Notes: a model not told the origin generated them from the sequence alone. Shown: positions 45,133 to 59,152, counted from the stretch's first letter. The stretch is 64,000 nucleotides of DNA from Auanema rhodensis (GCA_964057225.1 OZ059898.1:10106001-10170000); one strand, 5' to 3'. Made by a program: numbers and translations.

Positions 45133-46271
45133 AAATTCAAAAGGAGAGAGGTAGGTGGATGGAGTATTTAAGTTTTTAGAATTAAATTCAAAAACTTGGC
45201 GTACCTCTGGTGATCCTTGTTCCTGATCTTTGTTTTCCTCGCTGATGTCCGAGTCCGACAGGGTGGCTGGTGAATACAGTTAGATGAATATAAGAGCGCG
45301 TACTGGAAGCAACTAGACTCCAGTAAAAACGTTTGTGACAATGGCGTCTGATGAAGGAGGATCGTTGAAGCTTCAAGCTCCGCCTCCAGCCATGTGTCAC
45401 GACACCAGATGTTAGCGCTTATGGTAAACAACCATTGACCGTCTGTCGTGATATTTGAATATTATAATCACTTATGTCAGCTTAGAGACAAATAAGGAAT
45501 CACAGATGGTGCCTTAAGCCTGTTTGAAAACTTTTGAATTTTAACAGCTGTTATTGACTACACATATCGAACAGCTGGTACGCGTGGGCCAACTATTTGA
45601 ATGTGAGTAAGCTTAAAGTAAACAAAAATGTCTCATCTCGTATATTAAGTTCAATTTTATAAAGTTTATTAAGATTTGTAGAAAGAATTTCAAAATAAAT
45701 CTTAATTAAGATAATTTTTAATTTAATTTCAAAAGATTTAGAAGGTAATTTAAGATTGATATAGGAATTTAAATTCAGTAATCTGTCAATAATATAGGAA
45801 AAAGGAAACGTTGGCAGACGTAGAGTGGACTTGGGTGGGTAGGAATTTAAATATTCTTATTATCTCTGAACTAATAAGAAAAGAGTTAACAGGAGTAGAA
45901 CCCTGATGAACCCTTGGATGTGAATCAAAATCAAAAATCGTAAATAAAATTATCCCAACAGCCTCCAGCTTCCAAACAACTCAGCTAAAAAGTGAGCTCT
46001 GTTGCCACACTGGACATTCACATCATAAAGTAATGAATCAAAATAGCACGCGCGTGCATAACAAAAAGGTAACGCTCGTCAAAACTATTGTCTGATAGTT
46101 TCCCCAAACGTCTCAGACACCTCCCAGTTTTCGTTGAGCGGAGGAGAAGTGGTAGCCAAAATAATTTTTGGGGAAATCATGGTGCACGGCTCGGTTACTC
46201 CTCACTGTTGGGTAATTAAGTCCAAAAGTCTCGTAAACTTGCTGTCAATAAATTAACAGTAAAGTAAGCAA

Positions 46272-46284
46272 GGTGGAACCTCCA
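46272..46284 (-). promoter_or_regulatory. E4 primer-binding site (tRNA-Gln type)
   Basis: TGGAGGTTCCACC immediately after the 5' LTR. Confidence 0.9.
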
Positions 46285-46655
46285 CGTTACATATTGTTTC
46301 TTCCCGTCTTTTCATGGTCGGAAGATATATGTACTTCTACCTTGTTCCTTAGGTAGGCAGACCCGAACGCCCCAATTTCCTTATTAAGACAAATACTTAA
46401 AGAGAAAAGGATTCATTAAGAAAATACAATATAAGAATTACATTAAGAAAGAATATAAAGAGATATAATAAAGTATTAAATAGAGTATATATATAGATGA
46501 TATAGAGATGAGACTCACATGGCTATAAGACAACCTATCTGGGTTAGGCCAGAAGCAAGAGTGCCATGTGTGTCCCATGTTGTAGGCGGGGCTTGTTCAG
46601 GCTCCCGCTATTTGAATAGCGCGCACATGTTTACCATGTGCTTGCAGATGTGACA
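46285..46655 (-). repeat. E4 5' LTR
   Basis: Direct repeat of 36561-36931. Confidence 0.97.
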
Positions 46656-47643
46656 CTACTGATTTGAAGAGAATTGTAAGTTTAAGAAAATAATTAAAAA
46701 TAAGTTCTCTCTACTATTAACTGATTGTCGGCTAAAATATGGTAACAGTTTTTTTTAAAAGTTTCCATGATTAGGATTAAACAAAAAAAAGAATTAAAAA
46801 GAAACACTTCTTGTTTACTTACTTGATTATACTACTTGAAATTCGAAAAAAAGTAAAAAACAATTGAGAAAGCGACATAAACAGTTGAACGATTTGAAGA
46901 GAATTGTAAGTTTAAGAAAAGAATTAAAGTTTAGCTTTGTCTACTATTAACTGATTATCGGCTAAAATAAGATAACAGTTTTTATTAAAAGTTTTCATGA
47001 TTAGGATTAAACAAAAAAAAGAATCAAAAAGAAACAATTCTTGTTTACTTATTTGATTATAATACTTGAAATTGCAAGAACAGTAGAATAAAATAGAGAA
47101 AGCGACGAAAAAAGTTGAACGATTTGAAGAGAATTGTAAGTTTTAGAAAAGAATTACAGTTCAGCTATCTCTACTATTAACTGATTATCAGCTAAAATAA
47201 GGTAACAGTTTTTATTAAAGCGAGTAAAACTGTTGAACGATTTGAAGACAATCGGCTAAAATAAGGTAACAGTTTTTATTAAAGCGAGTAAAACTGTTGA
47301 ACGATTTGAAGAAAATTGTAAGTTTTAGAAAATAATTAAAAATAAGTTCTCTCTACTATTAACTGATTGTCGGCTAAAATATGGTAACAGTTTTTATGAA
47401 AAGTTTCCATGATAAGGATTAAACAAAGAAAAAAGAATCAAAGAGAAACACTTCTTGTTTACTTATTTGATTATAATACTTGAAATTCCGAAAACAGTAG
47501 AATAAAATGAAGAAAGCGACAAAAACAGTTGAACGATTTGAAGAGAATTATAAGTTTAAGAAAAGATTTAAAGTTTAGCTTTGTCTACTATTAACTGATT
47601 ATCGGCTGAAATATGGTGACAGTTTTTTATTAAAAGTTTCCAT
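46656..47643. repeat. Satellite segment 4 (no tRNA; contains truncated monomers)
   Basis: Same monomer. Confidence 0.95.
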
Positions 47644-49207
47644 CAAAACTATTGTCTGATAGTTTCCCCAAACGTCTCAGACACCTCCCAGTTTTCGTTG
47701 AGCGGAGGAGAAGTGGTAGCCAAAATAATTTTTGGGGAAATCATGGTGCACGGCTCGGTTACTCCTCACTGTTGGGTAATTAAGTCCAAAAGTCTCGTAA
47801 ACTTGCTGTCAATAAATTAACAGTAAAGTAAGCAAGGTGGAACCTCCACGTTACATATTGTTTCTTCCCGTCTTTTCATGGTCGGAAGATATATGTACTT
47901 CTACCTTGTTCCTTAGGTAGGCAGACCCGAACGCCCCAATTTCCTTATTAAGACAAATACTTAAAGAGAAAAGGATTCATTAAGAAAATACAATATAAGA
48001 ATTACATTAAGAAAGAATATAAAGAGATATAATAAAGTATTAAATAGAGTATATATATAGATGATATAGAGATGAGACTCACATGGCTATAAGACAACCT
48101 ATCTGGGTTAGGCCAGAAGCAAGAGTGCCATGTGTGTCCCATGTTGTAGGCGGGGCTTGTTCAGGCTCCCGCTATTTGAATAGCGCGCACATGTTTACCA
48201 TGTGCTTGCAGATGTGACACTACTGATTTGAAGAGAATTGTAAGTTTAAGAAAATAATTAAAAATAAGTTCTCTCTACTATTAACTGATTGTCGGCTAAA
48301 ATATGGTAACAGTTTTTTTTAAAAGTTTCCATGATTAGGATTAAACAAAAAAAAGAATTAAAAAGAAACACTTCTTGTTTACTTACTTGATTATACTACT
48401 TGAAATTCGAAAAAAAGTAAAAAACAATTGAGAAAGCGACATAAACAGTTGAACGATTTGAAGAGAATTGTAAGTTTAAGAAAAGAATTAAAGTTTAGCT
48501 TTGTCTACTATTAACTGATTATCGGCTAAAATAAGATAACAGTTTTTATTAAAAGTTTTCATGATTAGGATTAAACAAAAAAAAGAATCAAAAAGAAACA
48601 ATTCTTGTTTACTTATTTGATTATAATACTTGAAATTCCAAGAACAGTAGAATAAAATAGAGAAAGCGACGAAAAAAGTTGAACGATTTGAAGAGAATTG
48701 TAAGTTTTAGAAAAGAATTACAGTTCAGCTATCTCTACTATTAACTGATTATCAGCTAAAATAAGGTAACAGTTTTTATTAAAGCGAGTAAAACTGTTGA
48801 ACGATTTGAAGACAATCGGCTAAAATAAGGTAACAGTTTTTATTAAAGCGAGTAAAACTGTTGAACGATTTGAAGAAAATTGTAAGTTTTAGAAAATAAT
48901 TAAAAATAAGTTCTCTCTACTATTAACTGATTGTCGGCTAAAATATGGTAACAGTTTTTATGAAAAGTTTCCATGATTAGGATTAAACAAAGAAAAAAGA
49001 ATCAAAGAGAAACACTTCTTGTTTACTTATTTGATTATAATACTTGAAATTCCGAAAACAGTAGAATAAAATGAAGAAAGCGACAAAAACAGTTGAACGA
49101 TTTGAAGAGAATTATAAGTTTAAGAAAAGATTTAAAGTTTAGCTTTGTCTACTATTAACTGATTATCGGCTGAAATATGGTGACAGTTTTTTATTAAAAG
49201 TTTCCAT
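47644..49207. repeat. 1564-bp tandem duplication of 46080-47643 (E4 leader fragment + PBS + LTR + flanking satellite)
   Basis: Constant offset of 1564, including the CTAC junction and the rare truncated monomers. Confidence 0.93.
47849..48219 (-). repeat. Third E4 LTR copy, with PBS at 47836-47848
   Basis: Matches 46285-46655. Confidence 0.95.
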
Positions 49208-49612
49208 GATTAAGATTAAACAAAGAAAAAAAAATCAAAGAGAAACACTTCTTGTTTACTTACTTGATTATAATACTTGAAATTCCAAAAACAGTAAAAT
49301 AAAACTGTTAAAGCGAGTAAAACTGTTGAACGATTTGAAGACAATTGTAAGTTGAAGAAAAAAATTGAAGTTTAGCTCTCTCTACTATTAACTGAATGTC
49401 GGCTAAAATATAGTAACAGTTTTTATTAAAAGTTTCCATGATTAAGATTAAACAAAGAAAAAAAATTAAAGAGAAACACTTCTTGTTTACTAATTTGATT
49501 ATAACACTTGAAATTCCAACAAAAGTAAAATAAAACTGTGAAAGCGGGTAAAACTGTTGAACTAAAACAGTCTTTATAAAATATAAATGATATTTTTTTA
49601 TAAAAGTGAAGT

Positions 49613-49683
49613 TGCATCGGCCGGGAATCGAACCCGGGTCGCCCGCGTGGCAGGCGAGCATTCTACCACTGAACCACCGATGC
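49613..49683 (-). tRNA. tRNA-Gly: tRNA-Gly(GCC)
   Basis: Identical to the consensus copy. Confidence 0.97.
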
Positions 49684-51170
49684 TTCGAAAATGTTAGATT
49701 GTTTCCGAAAAATTATGAAAAGTCAAGTTCTACTGATTTGAAGAGAATTGTAAGTTTTAGAAAAGAATTAAAGTTCAGCTATCTCTACTATTAACTGATT
49801 ATCGGCTAAAATAAGGTAACAGTTTTTATTGAAAGTTTCCATGATTAAGATTAAACAAAGAAAAAAAATCAAAGAGAAACACTTCTTGTTTACTTATTTG
49901 ATTATAATACTTGAAATTCCAAAAACAGTAGAATAAAATAGAGAAAGCGACGAAAAAAGTTGAACGATTTGAAGAGAATTGTAAGTTTTAGAAAAGAATT
50001 AAAGTTCAGCTATCTCTACTATTAACTGATTATCGGCTAAAATAAGGTAACAGTTTTTATTGAAAGTTTCCATGATTAAGATTAAACAAAGAAAAAAATC
50101 AAAGAGAAACACTTCTTGTTTACTTACTTGATTATAATACTTGAAATTCCAAAAACAGTAAAATAAAATTGAAAAAGCGACAAAAACAGTTGAACGATTT
50201 GAAGACAATTGTAAGTTGAAGAATAAAATTAAAGTTTAGCTCTCTCTACTATTAACTGAATGTCGGCTAAAATATGGTAACAGTTTTTATTAAAAGTTTC
50301 CATGATTAAGATTAAACAAAGAAAAAAAATCAAAGAGAAACACTTCTTGTTTACTTATTTGATTATAATACTTGAAATTCCAAAAACAGTAGAATAAAAT
50401 AGAGAAAGAGACGAAAAAAGTTGAACGATTTGAAGAGAATTGTGAGTTTTAGAAAAGAATTAAAGTTTAGCTTTGTCTACTATTAACTGATTATCGGCTG
50501 AAATATGGTGACAGTTTTTTTTACAAAGTTTCCATGATTAAGATTAATCAAAGAAAAAAAATCAAAGAGAAACACTTCTTGTTTACTAATTTGATTATAA
50601 CACTTGAAATTCCAACAAAAGTAAAGTAAAACTGTTAAAGCGAGTAAAACTGTTGAACAATTTGAAGACAATTGTAAGTTGAAGAATAAAATTAAAGTTT
50701 AGCTCTCTCTACTATTAACTGAATGTCGGCTAAAATATGGTAACAGTTTTTATTAAAAGTTTCCATGATTAAGATTAAACAAAGAAAAAAAATCAAAGAG
50801 AAACACTTCTTGTTTACTAATTTGATTATAACACTTGAAATTCCAACAAAAGTAAAGTAAAACTGTTAAAGCGAGTAAAACTGTTGAACGATTTGAAGAC
50901 AATTGTAAGTTGAAGAAAAAAATTAAAGTTTAGCTCTCTCTACTATTAACTGAATGTCGGCTGAAATAAGGTAACAGTTTTTATTAAAAGTTTCCATGAT
51001 TTAGATTAAACAAAGAAAAAAAATCAAAGAGAAACACTTCTTGTTTACTAATTTGATTATAACACTTGAAAATCCAACAAAAGTAAAATAAAACTGTGAA
51101 AGCGGGTAAAACTGTTGAACTAAAACAGTCTTTATAAAATATAAATGATATATTTTTATAAAAGTGAAGT

Positions 51171-51241
51171 TGCATCGGCCGGGAATCGAACCCGGGTCGC
51201 CCGCGTGGCAGGCGAGCATTCTACCACTGAACCACCGATGC
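51171..51241 (-). tRNA. tRNA-Gly: tRNA-Gly(GCC)
   Basis: Identical to the consensus copy. Confidence 0.97.
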
Positions 51242-52498
51242 TTCGAAAATGTTAGATTGTTTCCGAAAAATTATGAAAAGTCAAGTTCTACTGATTTGAA
51301 GAGAATTGTAAGTTTTAGAAAATAATTAAAAATTAGTTCTCTCTACTATTAACTGATTGTCGGCTAAAATATGGTAACAGTTTTTATAAAAAGTTTCCAT
51401 GATTAGGATTAAACAAAAAAAAGAATTAAAGAGAAACACTTTTTGTTTACTTATTTGATTATAATACTTGAAATTCCAAAAACAGTAGAATAAAATTGAG
51501 AAATCGACAAAAACAGTTGAACGATTTGAAGAGAATTGTAAGTTTTAGAAAAGAATTAAAGTTCAGCTATCTCTACTATTAACTGATTATCGGCTGAAAT
51601 ATGGTGACAGTTTTTTATTAAAAGTTTCCATGATTAAGATTAAACAAAGAAAAAAAATCAAAGAGAAACACTTCTTGTTTACTTATTTGATTATAATACT
51701 TGAAATTCCAAAAACAGTAGAATAAAATAGAGAAAGAGACGAAAAAAGTTGAACGATTTGAAGAGAATTGTGAGTTTTAGAAAAGAATTAAAGTTTAGCT
51801 TTGTCTACTATTAACTGATTATCGGCTGAAATATGGTGACAGTTTTTTTTTAAAAGTTTCCATGATTAAGATTAATCAAAGAAAAAAAATCAAAGAGAAA
51901 CACTTCTTGTTTACTAATTTGATTATAACACTTGAAATTCCAACAAAAGTAAAGTAAAACTGTTAAAGCGAGTAAAACTGTTGAACAATTTGAAGACAAT
52001 TGTAAGTTGAAGAATAAAATTAAAGTTTAGCTCTCTCTACTATTAACTGAATGTCGGCTAAAATATGGTAACAGTTTTTATTAAAAGTTTCCATGATTAA
52101 GATTAAACAAAGAAAAAAAATCAAAGAGAAACACTTCTTGTTTACTAATTTGATTATAACACTTGAAATTCCAACAAAAGTAAAGTAAAACTGTTAAAGC
52201 GAGTAAAACTGTTGAACGATTTGAAGACAATTGTAAGTTGAAGAAAAAAATTAAAGTTTAGCTCTCTCTACTATTAACTGAATGTCGGCTGAAATAAGGT
52301 AACAGTTTTTATTAAAAGTTTCCATGATTTAGATTAAACAAAGAAAAAAAATCAAAGAGAAACACTTCTTGTTTACTAATTTGATTATAACACTTGAAAA
52401 TCCAACAAAAGTAAAATAAAACTGTGAAAGCGGGTAAAACTGTTGAACTAAAACAGTCTTTATAAAATATAAATGATATATTTTTATAAAAGTGAAGT

Positions 52499-52569
52499 TG
52501 CATCGGCCGGGAATCGAACCCGGGTCGCCCGCGTGGCAGGCGAGCATTCTACCACTGAACCACCGATGC
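52499..52569 (-). tRNA. tRNA-Gly: tRNA-Gly(GCC)
   Basis: Identical to the consensus copy. Confidence 0.97.
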
Positions 52570-54751
52570 TTCGAAAATGTTAGATTGTTTCCGAAAAATT
52601 ATGAAAAGTCAAGTTCTACTGATTTGAAGAGAATTGTAAGTTTTAGAAAATAATTAAAAATTAGTTCTCTCTACTATTAACTGATTGTCGGCTAAAATAT
52701 GGTAACAGTTTTTATGAAAAGTTTCCATGATTAGGATTAAACAAAGAAAAAAGAATCAAAGAGAAACACTTCTTGTTTACTTACTTGATTATACTACTTG
52801 AAATTCGAAAAAAAGTAAAAAACACATGAGAAAGCGACATAAACAGTTGAACGATTTGAAGAGAATTGTAAGTTTAAGAAAAGATTTAAAGTTTAGCTTT
52901 GTCTACTATTAACTGATTATCGGCTAGAATAAGGTAACAGTTTTTATTGAAAGTTTCCATGATTAAGATTGAACGAAAAAAAGAATTAAAAAGAAACACT
53001 TTTTGTTTACTTACTTGATTATAATACTTGAAATTCCAAAAACAGTAAAATAAAATTGAGAAAGCGACAAAAACAGTTGAACGATTTGAAGAGAATTGTA
53101 AGTTTTAGAAAAGAATTAAAAATTAGTTCTCTCTACTATTAACTGATTGTCGGCTAAAATATGGTAACAGTTTTTATAAAAAGTTTCCATGATTTAGATT
53201 AAACAAAGAAAAAAAATCAAAGAGAAACACTTCTTGTTTACTAATTTGATTATAACACTTGAAATTCCAACAAAAGTAAAGTAAAACTGTTAAAGCGAGT
53301 AAAACTGTTGAACGATTTGAAGACAATTGTAAGTTGAAGAAAAAAATTAAAAATAAGTTCTCTCTACTATTAACTGAATGTCGGCTGAAATAAGGTAACA
53401 GTTTTAATTAAAAGTTTCCATGATTTAGATTAAACAAAGAAAAAAAATCAAAGAGAAACACTTCTTGTTTACTAATTTGATTATAATACTTGAAATTCCA
53501 AAAACAGTAGAATAAAATAGAGAAAGAGACGAAAAAAGTTGAACGATTTGAAGAGAATTGTGAGTTTTAGAAAAGAATTAAAGTTTAGCTTTGTCTACTA
53601 TTAACTGATTATCGGCTGAAATATGGTGACAGTTTTTTTTTAAAAGTTTCCATGATTAAGATTAAACAAAGAAAAAAAATCAAAGAGAAACACTTCTTGT
53701 TTACTTACTTGATTATACTACTTGAAATTCGAAAAAAAGTAAAAAACACATGAGAAAGCGACATAAACAGTTGAACGATTTGAAGAGAATTGTAAGTTTA
53801 AGAAAAGATTTAAAGTTTAGCTTTGTCTACTATTAACTGATTATCGGCTGAAATATGGTGACAGTTTTTTATTAAAAGTTTCCATGATTAAGATTAAACA
53901 AAGAAAAAAAAATCAAAGAGAAACACTTCTTGTTTACTTATTTGATTATAATACTTGAAATTCCAACAAAAGTAAAGTAAAACTGTTAAAGCGAGTAAAA
54001 CTGTTGAACAATTTGAAGACAATTGTAAGTTGAAGAATAAAATTAAAGTTTAGCTCTCTCTACTATTAACTGAATGTCGGCTAAAATATGGTAACAGTTT
54101 TTATTAAAAGTTTCCATGATTAAGATTAAACAAAGAAAAAAAATCAAAGAGAAACACTTCTTGTTTACTAATTTGATTATAACACTTGAAATTCCAACAA
54201 AAGTAAAGTAAAACTGTTAAAGCGAGTAAAACTGTTGAACGATTTGAAGACAATTGTAAGTTGAAGAATAAAATTAAAGTTTAGCTCTCTCTACTATTAA
54301 CTGAATGTCGGCTAAAATATGGTAACAGTTTTTATTAAAAGTTTCCATGATTAAGATTAAACAAAGAAAAAAAATCAAAGAGAAACACTTCTTGTTTACT
54401 AATTTGATTATAACACTTGAAATTCCAACAAAAGTAAAGTAAAACTGTTAAAGCGAGTAAAACTGTTGAACGATTTGAAGACAATTGTAAGTTGAAGAAA
54501 AAAATTAAAGTTTAGCTCTCTCTACTATTAACTGAATGTCGGCTGAAATAAGGTAACAGTTTTTATTAAAAGTTTCCATGATTTAGATTAAACAAAGAAA
54601 AAAATCAAAGAGAAACACTTCTTGTTCACTAATTTGATTATAACACTTGAAAATCCAACAAAAGTAAAATAAAACTGTGAAAGCGGGTAAAACTGTTGAA
54701 CTAAAACAGTCTTTATATAATATAAATGATATATTTTTATAAAAGTGAAGT

Positions 54752-54822
54752 TGCATCGGCCGGGAATCGAACCCGGGTCGCCCGCGTGGCAGGCGAGCAT
54801 TCTACCACTGAACCACCGATGC
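54752..54822 (-). tRNA. tRNA-Gly: tRNA-Gly(GCC)
   Basis: Identical to the consensus copy. Confidence 0.97.
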
Positions 54823-55385
54823 TTCGAAAATGTTAGATTGTTTCCGAAAAATTATGAAAAGTCAAGTTCTACTGATTTGAAGAAAATTGTAAGTTTTAGA
54901 AAATAATTAAAAATAAGTTCTCTCTACTATTAACTGAATGTCGGCTAAAATATGGTAACAGTTTTTATTAAAAGTTTCCATGATTAAGATTAAACAAAGA
55001 AAAAAAATTAAAGAGAAACACTTCTTGTTTACTAATTTGATTATAACACTTGAAATTCCAACAAAAGTAAAGTAAAACTGTTAAAGCGAGTAAAACTGTT
55101 GAACAATTTGAAGACAATTGTAAGTTGAAGAAAAAAATTAAAGTTTAGCTCTCTCTACTATTAACTGAATGTCGGCTGAAATAAGGTAACAGTTTTTATT
55201 AAAAGTTTCCATGATTTAGATTAAACAAAGAAAAAAAATCAAAGAGAAACACTTCTTGTTCACTAATTTGATTATGACACTTGAAAATCCAACAAAAGTA
55301 AAATAAAACTGTGAAAGCGGGTAAAACTGTTGAACTAAAACAGTCTTTATAAAATATAAATGATATATTTTTATAAAAGTGAAGT

Positions 55386-55456
55386 TGCATCGGCCGGGAA
55401 TCGAACCCGGGTCGCCCGCGTGGCAGGCGAGCATTCTACCACTGAACCACCGATGC
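55386..55456 (-). tRNA. tRNA-Gly: tRNA-Gly(GCC)
   Basis: Identical to the consensus copy. Confidence 0.97.
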
Positions 55457-56252
55457 TTCGAAAATGTTAGATTGTTTCCGAAAAATTATGAAAAGTCAAG
55501 TTCTACTGATTTGAAGAAAATTGTAAGTTTTAGAAAATAATTAAAAATAAGTTCTCTCTACTATTAACTGATTGTCGGCTAAAATATGGTAACAGTTTTT
55601 ATGAAAAGTTTCCATGATTAGGATTAAACAAAAAAAAAGAATTAAAAAGAAACACTTCTTGTTTACTTACTTGATTATACTACTTGAAATTCGAAAAAAA
55701 GTAAAAAACACATGAGAAAGCGACATAAACAGTTGAACGATTTGAAGAGAATTGTAAGTTTAAGAAAAGATTTAAAGTTTAGCTTTGTCTACTATTAACT
55801 GATTATCGGCTGAAATATGGTGACAGTTTTTTATTAAAAGTTTCCATGATTAAGATTAAACAAAGAAAAAAAAATCAAAGAGAAACACTTCTTGTTTACT
55901 TATTTGATTATAACACTTGAAATTCCAACAAAAGTAAAGTAAAACTGTTAAAGCGAGTAAAACTGTTGAACGATTTGAAGACAATTGTAAGTTGAAGAAA
56001 AAAATTAAAGTTTAGCTCTCTCTACTATTAACTGAATGTCGGCTGAAATAAGGTAACAGTTTTTATTAAAAGTTTCCATGATTTAGATTAAACAAAGAAA
56101 AAAAATCAAAGAGAAACACTTCTTGTTTACTAATTTGATTATAACACTTGAAAATCCAACAAAAGTAAAATAAAACTGTGAAAGCGGGTAAAACTGTTGA
56201 ACTAAAACAGTCTTTATAAAATATAAATGATATATTTTTATAAAAGTGAAGT

Positions 56253-56323
56253 TGCATCGGCCGGGAATCGAACCCGGGTCGCCCGCGTGGCAGGCGAGCA
56301 TTCTACCACTGAACCACCGATGC
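56253..56323 (-). tRNA. tRNA-Gly: tRNA-Gly(GCC)
   Basis: Identical to the consensus copy. Confidence 0.97.
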
Positions 56324-56889
56324 TTCGAAAATGTTAGATTGTTTCCGAAAAATTATGAAAAGTCAAGTTCTACTGATTTGAAGAGAATTGTAAGTTTTAG
56401 AAAATAATTAAAAATTAGTTCTCTCTACTATTAACTGATTGTCGGCTAAAATATGGTAACAGTTTTTATGAAAAGTTTCCATGATTAGGATTAAACAAAG
56501 AAAAAAGAATCAAAGAGAAACACTTCTTGTTTACTTATTTGATTATAATACTTGAAATTCCGAAAACAGTAGAATAAAATGAAGAAAGCGACAAAAACAG
56601 TTGAACGATTTGAAGAGAATTGTAAGTTTAAGAAAAGATTTAAAGTTTAGCTTTGTCTACTATTAACTGATTATCGGCTGAAATATGGTGACAGTTTTTT
56701 ATTAAAAGTTTCCATGATTAAGATTAAACAAAGAAAAAAAAATCAAAGAGAAACACTTCTTGTTTACTTATTTGATTATAACACTTGAAAATCCAACAAA
56801 AGTAAAATAAAACTGTGAAAGCGGGTAAAACTGTTGAACTAAAACAGTCTTTATAAAATATAAACGATATATTTTTATAAAAGTGAAGT

Positions 56890-56960
56890 TGCATCGGCCG
56901 GGAATCGAACCCGGGTCGCCCGCGTGGCAGGCGAGCATTCTACCACTGAACCACCGATGC
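56890..56960 (-). tRNA. tRNA-Gly: tRNA-Gly(GCC)
   Basis: Identical to the consensus copy. Confidence 0.97.
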
Positions 56961-57985
56961 TTCGAAAATGTTAGATTGTTTCCGAAAAATTATGAAAAGT
57001 CAAGTTCTACTGATTTGAAGAGAATTGTAAGTTTTAGAAAATAATTAAAAATTAGTTCTCTCTACTATTAACTGATTGTCGGCTAAAATATGGTAACAGT
57101 TTTTATAAAAAGTTTCCATGATTAGGATTAAACAAAAAAAAGAATTAAAGAGAAACACTTTTTGTTTACTTATTTGATTATAATACTTGAAATTCCAAAA
57201 ACAGTAGAATAAAATTGAGAAATCGACAAAAACAGTTGAACGATTTGAAGAGAATTGTAAGTTTTAGAAAAGAACTAAAGTTCAGCTATCTCTACTATTA
57301 ACTGACTATCGGCTAGAATAAGGTAACAGTTTTTATTGAAAGTTTCCATGATTAAGATTGAACAAAAAAAAGAATTAAAAAGAAACACTTTTTGTTTACT
57401 TACTTGATTATAATACTTGAAATTCCAAAAACAGTAAAATAAAATTGAGAAAGCGACAAAAACAGTTGAACGATTTGAAGACAATGGTAAGTTTAAGAAA
57501 AGAATTAAAGTTTAGCTTTGTCTACTATTAACTGATTATCGGCTGAAATATGGTGACATTTTTTTTTTAAAAGTTTCCATGATTAGGATTAAACAAAAAA
57601 AAGAATTAAAGAGAAACACTTTTTGTTTACTTATTTGATTATAATACTTGAAATTCCAAAAACAGTAGAATAAAATTGAGAAATCGACAAAAACAGTTGA
57701 ACGATTTGAAGACAATTGTAAGTTTAAGAAAAGAATTAAAGTTTAGCTTTGTCTACTATTAACTGATTATCGGCTGAAATATGGTGACAGTTTTTTTTTA
57801 AAAATTTCCATGATTAAGATTAAACAAAGAAAAAAAAATCAAAGAGAAACACTTCTTGTTTACTTATTTGATTATAACACTTGAAAATCCAACAAAAGTA
57901 AAGTAAAACTGTTAAAGCGAGTAAAACTGTTGAACTAAAACAGTCTTTATAAAATATAAATGATATATTTTTATAAAAGTGAAGT

Positions 57986-58056
57986 TGCATCGGCCGGGAA
58001 TCGAACCCGGGTCGCCCGCGTGGCAGGCGAGCATTCTACCACTGAACCACCGATGC
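57986..58056 (-). tRNA. tRNA-Gly: tRNA-Gly(GCC)
   Basis: Identical to the consensus copy. Confidence 0.97.
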
Positions 58057-59081
58057 TTCGAAAATGTTAGATTGTTTCCGAAAAATTATGAAAAGTCAAG
58101 TTCTACTGATTTGAAGAGAATTGTAAGTTTTAGAAAATAATTAAAAATTAGTTCTCTCTACTATTAACTGATTGTCGGCTAAAATATGGTAACAGTTTTT
58201 ATAAAAAGTTTCCATGATTAGGATTAAACAAAAAAAAGAATTAAAGAGAAACACTTTTTGTTTACTTATTTGATTATAATACTTGAAATTCCAAAAACAG
58301 TAGAATAAAATTGAGAAATCGACAAAAACAGTTGAACGATTTGAAGAGAATTGTAAGTTTTAGAAAAGAATTAAAGTTCAGCTATCTCTACTATTAACTG
58401 ACTATCGGCTAGAATAAGGTAACAGTTTTTATTGAAAGTTTCCATAATTAAGATTGAACAAAAAAAAGAATTAAAAAGAAACACTTTTTGTTTACTTACT
58501 TGATTATAATACTTGAAATTCCAAAAACAGTAAAATAAAATTAAGAAAGCGACAAAAACAGTTGAACGATTTGAAGACAATGGTAAGTTTAAGAAAAGAA
58601 TTAAAGTTTAGCTTTGTCTACTATTAACTGATTATCGGCTGAAATATGGTGACAGTTTTTTTTTAAAAATTTCCATGATTAAGATTAAACAAAGAAAAAA
58701 AAATCAAAGAGAAACACTTCTTGTTTACTTATTTGATTATAACACTTGAAATTCCAACAAAAGTAAAGTAAAACTGTTAAAGCGAGTAAAACTGTTGAAC
58801 GATTTGAAGACAATTGTAAGTTGAAGAAAAAAATTAAAAATAAGTTCTCTCTACTATTAACTGAATGTCGGCTGAAATAAGGTAACAGTTTTTATTAAAA
58901 GTTTTCATGATTTAGATTAAACAAAGAAAAAAAATCAAAGAGAAACACTTCTTGTTTACTAATTTGATTATAACACTTGAAAATCCAACAAAAGTAAAAT
59001 AAAACTGTGAAAGCGGGTAAAACTGTTGAACTAAAACAGTCTTTATAAAATATAAATGATATATTTTTATAAAAGTGAAGT

Positions 59082-59152
59082 TGCATCGGCCGGGAATCGA
59101 ACCCGGGTCGCCCGCGTGGCAGGCGAGCATTCTACCACTGAACCACCGATGC
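59082..59152 (-). tRNA. tRNA-Gly: tRNA-Gly(GCC)
   Basis: Identical to the consensus copy. Confidence 0.97.

Larger units (their letters stand above)
36561..46655 (-). mobile_element. E4: intact full-length Ty3/Gypsy LTR retrotransposon with a Gag-glycoprotein-Pol polyprotein (10095 bp)
   Basis: 371-bp LTRs with no difference seen, CTAC TSD (36557-36560 / 46656-46659), PBS, PPT AAGGTGGGGGGA, and a single 2532-codon ORF. Confidence 0.98.

Noticed and set aside
47849-48219. Independent solo LTR insertion
   Set aside because: It retains the PBS and 205 bp of leader, shares E4's exact right flank and has no TSD of its own, so it belongs to a tandem duplication.
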